Below, one piece after another: positions 54,431 through 64,000 of a DNA stretch of 64,000 bases. The DNA is from Octopus bimaculoides. Lineage: Eukaryota. The stretch lies in assembly GCF_001194135.2 (NCBI RefSeq), contig NC_068981.1, positions 65,349,991-65,413,990 on the forward strand, given 5' to 3'. Below the pieces are notes generated by a model that saw nothing but the letters and a program-made list of their open reading frames with translations, was not told the DNA's origin and ran no database searches. The translations under genes were made by a program, and so were the position numbers. Within the stretch, counting starts at the first letter, position 1, and the number at the start of each line of letters is the position of its first letter.

Positions 54431-55299
54431 TGCCTTCCTGAAATGTTATATTTTCTGTTAGTCACTTTTACGTTTCATTCTGACAGGAGTACTAAAATAG
54501 TTATTAGTAATATGCTAGAGTTGACTCAATTAATCATAATGTTTTCTTTGTAAATGGCAAAATTGGTACAATCATACAGTGATTTTTATTATTGTTGTTG
54601 TTATTCTTGGTGCAAGAATAGCCATGTTAAAAAGTACACTTTGGAACCATATGGTTTAGGATCGTTTTCTCTACTGCTTGGCACTCTTAGCTGATACCTG
54701 TTACTATGGCTGCCAGCTGACCAATGCCATGTGAGAAAAAAGGTTGATAGAAATTGTTAAAAGCCTGGCTCATGTGTGTGTAAATCTTATAAATCATCTT
54801 CATACATACATACAAACATACAAACAAATATCATCATTTAGCATCCATTGTCCATGCTGGCATGGATTGGACAGTTTGACCAGGGCTGACAGGCTGAAAG
54901 GCTGCACCAAATCCTAGTCTGATTTGGCACGGTTTCTATGGTTGGATGTCCTTCCTAATGCCAACCACTCTGATACGGAAGACAGAGTATGTTGGCACAC
55001 TACTAGAGACATACCCAAAATACAGTTTAGATGCTAAATTTTAAATTTAAAATCTAAAATCTTCAGGCATGGTTGTGTGGGAAGAAGCTTGCTTTCCAAA
55101 TTGTTTCTGATTTAGGCACAAAGTCAACACTTTTTTGTGGGGGTGACTTAGCGTGACTTAACTGGTACTTTAGTTTGCTTTTCTTCTGACTTCAGAAGAA
55201 CGAAAGGCAAAGTTGAGCCTGGTGAGATTTGAACTCAAAATGTAAAGATTTTGAAAAAGAAAACAAGAAACACCCATTAAGGAAACCTCTGCCTCTCAG

Positions 55300-55870
55300 A
55301 TGACTTTGCCAATCTACTGTAAAACTAATTGCAAAGTCCACAATTCTGTTTCAACTGCTAATTATTGTCATTTCAGTTCACTTACATCGTTAATTATCTC
55401 TCCCTCCCTCCCCCAACCCCCTTCCTCTCTCTTTGCTTTAGAGGAAGTGGGTATACCCAAGAGTTTCACAATCCCTCTAAGACTGTTGAGATCAATTCTG
55501 TTAAGTTTGTCGAACAGTTGCATGTAAACAAATGTGGGGGAAAATGTAAACAGAGAAGGAATTCCAAAGAGCTGACATTCTGGGAAAGAAAGACTGGGGC
55601 CATAAAATTGCTATTACCAAACTTGGAGTGGACAATTTCCTGGTGATGAGGAGAGGAATGAGTCGAAAATGCTGTATGCCACTGCCCTCGGAGCTGACTG
55701 GTCTTATACCACTTCCACTCAAAGAAGCACAAGCCATTGTAGTGTTAAAAACAGAAAAAGGAAACATGGGCTGTGTACTATATCTAATCCTCTCCAGCTG
55801 AGGTCTTGTGTCTTGTCAAAAGAAATCATTATATATTCATCAAGAATGGTGTTGTTGCATTAGTAGAGAA
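55300..55870 (-). mobile_element. CR1/L2-like LINE 3' end
   Basis: QSFFPRMSALWNSFSVYIFP (cf. SFFPRTxxLWNSLP), followed by a purine-rich 3' tail on the minus strand. Confidence 0.75.
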
Positions 55871-57732
55871 CCATTATTGATTTTATATCATACTACTTTC
55901 AAAAACTCATTGTCTTTCAATGAAATTCTTATTTTCGATTCAGCCAGCCATTATGCCTTGATCTGTAAAATATGCACTAATAGCATACTTGGAACTACTA
56001 TATTTGTTTATATTTATCTTATAGTAGCTTAAATATAAAGTAATGGTTATTTTTAATTGACCGAAGTGTGTTTTTAATGATAAATGAAATTGTAGCATGA
56101 AATTAGATTGAATAACTTTCTTGGCTGCTGTTTTTGTTTAACCCTACATCAGTTCTGATCTAACCAACCAACAATTAAATGGCATAGCAGCTTATGACTG
56201 CTGATCTTTTCTGGTTCTTTGTGTGTGAGGTCACACTATCCAGTGTGCTCTTCCTTATTAAAGATAGTCGGTATGATTTTAGGGAGATTTGTCTGTTATT
56301 TTCAGTAGATTAACTGTCTCTATCGATGCTCCCGTGTTGGTTTATCTATTTATTAATAAAATAGATAGCAAGTAAACAAGTGCATGCAATCATTGTCATA
56401 TCAACAAAGCTACATATAAATGAGTTACTATTAATTAGTACTTCAGGAAGAAGTTTTATATTGTTAACCTTTTTTTTTATCCATATGTTTATGCTGGAAC
56501 TGAACTCATAACCTTTATTGTATGCTTAAAAAGAATACATTTGTTCCTGTATTACTGCATAACAGATAAGAATCCATTCTGCTGTATCAGATCAACCAAC
56601 AAAAGAACCAACACAGTCACTTGCCTTGTTAAAGGTAGCAGCCAAATCTCCAATTAAATTGCATCTTACTCCTATAGAAAAAAGAACATATTGGACAATG
56701 TGATTTGAGATATACAAAAAAAAAATCAGGATGGTTGTGGTTGAAATATCATTGATCATAGGTCTGCTAGATCAGAGCTAACTTGAGATTGAACAACCAT
56801 AACCTGTAAAAATTGTATCTCGCATGGAATAAATGTTTGAGCTCAGTCCAGCCCAACACATATATACAGGTTCATGGTATCTAATTTGAAAGAAGAAGAA
56901 AAAAGTAGCCCAGAAAAGATAAGATTAATCCCAAATCATTTTTATCAGTTTTAATAATAAGCTTATTGATGTATGAAATTTGAGTCCTGTATTCTGGCAG
57001 AATCTTGGTAGACAAGATTAAGTGCAGTAAGCTACAAACTAATTGTGCTTCAGAATCATTGACCATTGTATAAAAATAACGCTTGTTTACCATGTAAATA
57101 GTTGACAAATGTTGAATGAAAAAAAAAGGGCGTAAAGATTGGCAGTGGATGATATACAGGTTATAAGAATATTACCAAGGAAGAAGACTTAGAACTGAGA
57201 AATATCAGATGAGATTTTAGAAAGCTCCACCTTGTAGATGAAGTAGTGCAAAAATAGATACTTGTGGATTGAAGCTATTGTGCATTGCTCTCCTATCCAT
57301 GCTAGCCAGAAAAATTGGACAATATAATTACTGTCATTACAGTTTGAAAGTTATCTAACTTTGTATTTTACTTACTCTTTTCTTATCAAATTTCTTGTTA
57401 ATTTAAATGTTTTGCTTTGGCACACATCATCCACACAAACATACAACATACAACAACATGCATACATTTATGTATACGTGAATGTGTCTTGTGGAAAAAG
57501 TTTCCTTGAATTCTCTATGTTAATTATATCTCATAACTATAAATGATATCTGATAGCATTCTACTGTGAGCCAGAGAACTGTGATGATGAGGTGCATTGT
57601 TTATGAAGTATTTTTGTGTTGGGAATAGAATTAAAATTGTTATAGAAATATTCTAAAAAAAGAATATAAAATATTTTTAACATTTATATGGTGACTGTGA
57701 TATATTTACCATGTAATTTTCTTCTTTTTCAG

Positions 57733-57779
57733 GTTCCTTATCACATGATGTTATGAAAAACCTTGACCAGCTTAGAAAT
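57733..57779 (+). CDS. Internal coding exon C: (x)SLSHDVMKNLDQLRN
   Basis: Strong acceptor ttttcttctttttcag| and donor AAT|gtaagt; only the phase 1 to 0 frame is open. Confidence 0.6.
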
Positions 57780-59713
57780 GTAAGTATGCATATTCTAGCT
57801 TTATCATTATACAATATGATCTATCATAATTTTCTTTTCTTTTACAATTCAGTAAATATATTTGATTGTCATCCAACCCTTTCCTTCTTTATATCTTACT
57901 CTTATCTCCTGCACCATTATACAAAACGTGACCTTGGTATAGTGTCTTGATGCTCCTTTTTGTTTCTCCTTTGTCATTAAATTACCATCATATTTTTTGT
58001 AACAGAAACTATTTTTTGTTCTCATTCTTGTTTAAAGAATGAACTTAGAAAGGAGCTTTTATGAAGTTACTCAAACTACTCAGTGCAAGCAGTCATATTG
58101 CTAAAAAAAACAAAAAAAAACGTTTTTTAAAATATGCCTTAGTTATTTCATAAACAAGTTGGCGATTTGCTTCCTGTCACTAGTGGTGAATCATGTTTAT
58201 CCATAGCTAAGCATTTTTTAGCTGCGTATTTTCAACCCCAAATTTTGAATCAGCAATTGCAAGCAGCAATTTCAATCCATTTTGTATCTATATCTTCAGT
58301 AATAGGTGTGTGGGTTGCTCCTATACATTCCATCAACTATCTTCATGCCTTAGTCAAGCATAACTGACTAAAATTTATTTTAAAAATATATTTAATAAAC
58401 AGTAAGAGGAATGATTCTAACCAAATTTCATGAGTTCAGGCTTGATTGTGTGTTGAAGAAATTCTGTGGCTCCTGGTTTGATCCCACTGTGAGACAGCTT
58501 GGGCAAGAATCTTCTGCAACCAGCACAGGTGAACCAAAATATTGTGAAACGTATTAGGTATACAGAAACTTTGCAAAAACCCATTAAATAGACTGCATCT
58601 GCTTTTAGGTGAGAAACTTAATGGGACACTGGATTTAACACAACCATTATACCACCATCACCACCTGGTTTGTGGCTGTACTTAAAGAACTCGGGCCAAG
58701 TCTTCAGTGTGGGGATAACTCGATATTGTAATGTACTGCTTCTAACTTAACAACTACGACTCATGAACTGTGATTTCTTCTCCCCTTTGCCTGAACAGCC
58801 GCAGTGGTAGCTCAAGCAACAAAATGGTTCTGTATACTGCCCTTCTTCCTCTAAGTTAGCCATTCAAAAATTTACTGAAGGAAAAAAAAATTACTGAAAG
58901 AAAATCATATAGAATTGCTGTTGTTTTTTAATAAAAAGTGTAGATAGAGGGAAGGAGAGCAGGTTAAGCAGATATAAAAGTTCTACTAAGACTAGAAGCT
59001 GTTTCCTTATATATTATTTTAATGTAATTGCTTAGTTTTGTTCATGTTTCTCACTACCACTATCACTCTTCTATTCCGTTATCTTGGGAAGTAGGTAACC
59101 AAGTGAAGGGAGAATAAAGTAAAACAAAAAAAACTTTTAGCAGTCAGTTGTATGTTTGCGCATGCACATATGTATACATGTTTGTGTCCATTTGCATATG
59201 ATTTGTATGTATGTATGTATGCATGTTTATGTTTGCATGTACATGCAGATGCATTTCTAAGTGAGTGTGTGTGTGTTGTCTGTTATTGTGTAGCCTCTAG
59301 GCCAGCTGTGGTTGAGTTGAATGTCTTTGTGTGTGTCCATATGTGTGCAAGTACATGTGTGTATGTGTGTGCTTGTTTGTCTGTGAAGAGGAAAGAGTAG
59401 AAGCTGCCAGAAATTTCCTTGTACCTGTGCTATATTTTGCTTCATACAGCTGTTGTTATCTGGATTGTATATAAATGCATTATAAATGCATTATGCACAT
59501 ATAATCATTATAGCTGGCCTAAAGCTATACAGACAGACAAAATCTTAGTCTCCAGGAATAAAGATTTATGGAAAAGGGTTTGTGTTAATTCTTCTAGCAT
59601 AATTTTTCAGACAGAAATGTTTCAAGGAAACATTTTTGTCTTTTTCAGTTTGTTATATACACTGCTTCCTTTTAAACATATATAGATATATAGTTGAGAT
59701 TTACAGAAAAGAC

Positions 59714-59769
<56 letters not shown>

Positions 59770-60303
59770 TAAGCAAGGTCTGTCTGACCTTAAATATTAT
59801 AACTCCTGTATTGAGACACATATCTGGGCAAGTTATTACAATGTTGGCCTACCAACATCATGATCATCAACATCATGATTTATTACATATATATGAAATA
59901 TTAAGAAATGTTAGGGCAGAAGGAAGATATTAGTTAAGGAATCAATGCAGTTTTGACTACTTATTGAAACCAGGTTGCAGAAATTAGTTTGCTGAGAACA
60001 TAATTGCACATCATAGTATCAACTTAATAATAATTTCTTCATGAGCCACAAGGGGCTTAAGGAGATAAAATAAAATACAACGAACATTGGACAAGGGGAC
60101 TCACAAAGGTCTATGGGATGGGGGTGAACAGATGAATTATATTAAAATGAAGAGAGGCCTAAAAGATTTCATACGGTATATAATAGAATGAATTAAACAT
60201 ATCCTAAAAAATAAGTATTTACATATAGAATAAAATTTGAAGCCCTTAATAATTATTATCATTATTAAATTCCTTTGATATTTCTTCATTTAATTGTTGC
60301 CAG

Positions 60304-60377
60304 ATATCAACAACTTACCTTGGGCAGGTATTGTCATGTGATACTGGCATTTCACAGCATGATGTTACTATAAAAAG
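60304..60377 (+). CDS. Internal coding exon D: ISTTYLGQVLSCDTGISQHDVTIK(R/S); alternative donor at 60327
   Basis: Acceptor tttcttcatttaattgttgccag|; donors CAG|gtattg (24 nt) or AAG|gtataa (74 nt). Phase 0 start matches exon C, and only that frame is open to 60377. Confidence 0.5.
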
Positions 60378-60489
60378 GTATAAAATTGAATTAGACTGTA
60401 TAGAGAAATATAAATTTAAACATAAATACTTAAGAAAATAAAGATATATAAAAGAAGAAACTTCTGCATTAATTATTCAGCATGATAAT

Positions 60490-61550
60490 GATAAAAAATT
60501 ACATGAAATGCTATTGAAGACAATTTTTTGACTCATTTATGCCTTTTTGACTCTTAGTATACCAGTTAAATTGAGATTCTTTGTGTTTTCAGTTGACACA
60601 GTCTGCTGTTCTTAACTTCTAGGTCTTTGTACTTCACAAATTTGTCATACTCTTTAGCAAATACAGTTTGGTCAGATGGTATAGTCATGTCAGCAAGTAG
60701 ATATATTTTATTAAAAAATTTTTTAACAATATTTGGTTGACTGGTGTTTATGGCATGGTCTGTATGAACTTTAAAATCTCATGAAATTATTGCATTTTTT
60801 TGCTTCAATTACTGATAAGGGGTGGTGTACATACCAGATTTTAGCATGTTCTGTGCTGTAATGTTTACATAAGTGTCCAGTGAATATATTCTTTTCTACT
60901 CTAGGCACAAGCTCTGAATTTTGGGGGAGGGGGCCAGTCAATTAGATCAACCCCAGTACACAACTGGTATTTAATTTATCAACCCCAAAAAGATGAAAGG
61001 CAAAGTCAACCTTGGTCGAATTTGAACTCAGAATGTAAAGACAGATGAAATACCACTAAGCATTTTGACCGACATTCTAATGTTTCTGCCAGCTCGCCAC
61101 CTTGTCCAGTGAATATATTAGCCGACTCAATCATGCCTGGCTTTACATTCAGTTGGAGCCAAGGTGGAGCAGCTTGTTACTGTAGGGGCTATTGTCTCAA
61201 CTTATTTGTCACAGATTCTGCAATGTGGGTTTGCTCCACTTTTGAGAATGTTTGCTTGAGAGTTTCTTGTAAATCAGCTCCTGTCTTGGGCAGCAATGAT
61301 AAATCCCTCCATATCAGCTTTTAACCCTGAGCTTTTACAGCCACTGATGGGCTTGTGGTTGGTCAACATTTGTGTTTTGGGTTTGATGTGGGTATTGGCC
61401 ATGTAGAGGTTTCCGTTGCCATCAGTCTTTCAGAGTTTTAAGACCCTCAGGTTTTTGCTTTAATTCAGTAGGTTCTAGCTGTCTTGGTCGGTAGTAAGTC
61501 AGGTTCATTTGCAATTTCTGCGTTATTGATTCTTAGTTCTCATCTGTATT
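60490..61550 (-). mobile_element. R4/Dong-like LINE relic: Zn-knuckle plus restriction-like endonuclease region, split by a SINE
   Basis: WQRKPLHGQYP..EGFIIAAQD..CRICDK*VETI..SCSTLAPTECKARHD*VG, then after the SINE YIHW..HTD..LLADMTIPSDQTVFAKEYDKFVKYKDLE. Confidence 0.85.
60891..61102 (-). mobile_element. SINE family M inserted into the R4/Dong relic
   Basis: Perfect 17-bp TSD TGTCCAGTGAATATATT (60874-60890, 61103-61119). Confidence 0.9.
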
Positions 61551-63647
61551 TCTCTGTATTTATTATTATTTCTGTTATTGTTATTAGGGTGGTGGATTGG
61601 CAAAAATGATTAGGGCAGTATTTTTTTTTTAACTATCTAGGTTTTGAGATCAAATCCTGCTAAGGTTAGCATTACCTTTCATCTTGTAAGGATCAGTAAA
61701 ATAAATTATCTGTGCAGTAATCCCCTCCTGCTAAAATTACTGGCCTAATGCCTTAATTAGAGACTATTATTATTATCATATTGTTCAGTTTGATTTTTAA
61801 TTAAGCATGAGGTCAGTTTTGCAAGAAAATTTCTATATCAAAAGGGGTTGTACTAGTGATACTGACCACATGCTCAAACTTTGAATGATAAATGGCAGAA
61901 TTCATTCCAACAAGATTTGGTCTTACAATATTCATGTAGATTTCAAAGTTCGCATACTATAAAACCTTTCTAATCAACCTTGCTACTAACTGTGTCAAAT
62001 TTATAATCCTTACATTCTTACATCAGTAATAATGATGGCAACAAATAGATGTGCAACGAAAGGTCTCTGGTTAATGTTTGTATACAACAAGTATTATTAA
62101 AACACTGCTAACTGAAAGATCCAGTAAATTCTTGCTTGGTTTTCCTCCTCCATATAGCAACACTGAAATTTTCAAAGTGGTTGTAGAATGACATAAAATT
62201 ATCTTTAATGAGCAATTAAGTAGGAACATGAAGATGACTTTGTCAATTAGTATATGTGGTCTGTTGAGAAAATAGTATGTGGCGGTGGTGATAGGAATCA
62301 TTTATGTGTAATAGCGGGGTCAGTTAAAGGCAAGTTAGTTGAAGTGGACTAAATCATGCATTGATGCAGTTAATTGATGAACGAAAACCAATTAGACTGA
62401 AAATATACTAAACTGAAGAGTAATGAGGAATTTGAAACTGAGAAAAATAATGAGTAAATTAATGTATTTTTGGTGTCTGTTTCTATACAAAACTATATAT
62501 ACAGAAGTTGGGCTGCACTATTTTTTTGCTTCTCTTTTTTTTTTCTTGGCAGTTGTTTTCACAGCTGAGTGTCCTTTCTAATGCATACCACTTAACTGAG
62601 GTAATATGAGTAGGAATTTGTTATATATTGATATAGTTGGACTAGTTTTTGTCACACTAAGTGGAACAAGAAGTGTTTTGTATCTCACTAAGGGTAATAT
62701 TAAATGAAGATTATTAGGAATGGAAGTCTATGGGGCTGAGTTTATAGAATCTTAGCAGAAGTGTCAATAGTTTTGTACCTTGTCTCTAGTATTGTGTCCC
62801 TGGCAAACTGCTTAAATTTTTTGCTTATGTTGTTTACTGTTGTAATCAATAGCAAGGAGTAGGGGGTTATAATTGCTGATTGTTGTATTGACTCAGTACT
62901 GTACTCAAATCTAGTCACATGCAATAGGAAATGTATCAATCCAACGAAGCCAGATCACACTTGAATTTCATCCGATTTGGGGAGGTCAAATAATTGAGTC
63001 TTTATCATGCATATTTAATTTCATAAGTGTTGTTGATGTTAGATCTAAAACACAAGTTAAGATGTTTGACTATTGACCATATGGTCATGAGTTGTTTTTT
63101 ATTTTTTTCTTTAAAAAAAAAAAACAATTACAGCAATTATTTTGTGACCCCTGGCAATGTACAATTTTTATTCTGCTTTCTTCAGCATGGTTAGCTGAAA
63201 ATAGTTGTGTTTCTGCTACTTAGCAGCTGAATGATTAATGACAGGAAGAGTATCCAACTGTTAAAAAAAGAAATAACAAACAAGCGACCACCCGTAAACA
63301 AAAGAAAAAATATTTTGCTGCAACAAAATGCAAATATCTAAATTTGCAAATTCATTCCACTCACGCTACTGTATATAGTGGTGGTGGTGGTGGTGGCAGT
63401 AATAAATGATATAAATAAATTGATTAATTAAATATTTCAAAAGATAACAAATATCAAAATTAAAAATTCCAAACAAAGAAAAAAAAATATTAAAAGATTA
63501 CTATTTTAAATATTATCCTTTTTTTGTATTTTTTCTTTCTTTTTTTTTTCTGTTTTTGATTTCTGACCCTAACAACAGTTTTTATCACTTTGTTTCATGC
63601 TGTTGGCTGTATTGTTTATAGAGTATCTGGCTATTCCTCTGATCATT

Positions 63648-63960
63648 TGATGTAAATTAGTTTTGTTGCATGCTGCAAGAAACAGATTACGCTGGTAATA
63701 ATAATAATTTACTGTTCAGGGATAAGGGTGGAGGATAGAATGTGGATCTACGTAGCCTGGATGCTTTTTTTTTTTTTTTTGCTATTTGGATGCATATGTA
63801 TTTCGTTTTGTTTTTTCTTTGTTTATTTTCTGATTATGCACAATGAAATTGTTACCTGGAGATCTGATGCAAATTAGTTTTGTTGCATGCTGCAGAGAAC
63901 AGATAATGCTGGTTATAATCTATATAGTGCAGGGATGGGAGTGAAGGTGATAATGATAGG
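63648..63960 (+). repeat. Diverged direct duplication, period 217 bp
   Basis: TGATG(T/C)AAATTAGTTTTGTTGCATGCTGCA at 63648 and 63865, followed by a similar ACAGAT..GCTGGT..CAGGGAT. Confidence 0.85.
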
Positions 63961-64000
63961 TCTGTTACCCTGAAATCTGCACATTTTCTCTTAATATTTG

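Noticed and set aside
55800-55851. Candidate + exon after ctaatcctctccag
   Set aside because: It lies within the antisense continuation of the CR1/L2 relic.
63861-63975. C/D snoRNA-like layout (CTGATG..CTGA)
   Set aside because: Box C is not RTGATGA and the first copy lacks box D.

Overview
AT-rich, microsatellite- and transposon-dense eukaryotic DNA with five N-gaps. From the SINE and LINE families I infer a coleoid cephalopod, most likely Octopus; this is pattern recognition, not a database result. There is no long ORF, and nearly all ORF-track entries are microsatellite, gap or repeat artefacts. Most of the window reads as intron. Four short + strand exons (31863-31938, 45009-45091, 57733-57779, 60304-60377) have good splice signals and pairwise-compatible phases; they suggest a large gene whose product I cannot name. 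One convincing - strand exon lies at 11797-11879. Repeats include at least six tRNA-headed SINE types (several with clean TSDs), RTE, CR1/L2-like, Tx1-like and R4/Dong-like LINE relics, and hAT- and piggyBac-type MITEs. The most unusual structures are: a ~1 kb fold-back (17463-18483, ~360 bp arms, outer 175 bp ~95% identical); an RTE with its RT cleanly deleted and a hairpin tandem array in its 3' UTR; SINEs that share a head but swap bodies; and a CpG-rich cassette bounded by inverted repeats at 2.6 kb. I see no clear evidence for a wholly new system; these are leads.
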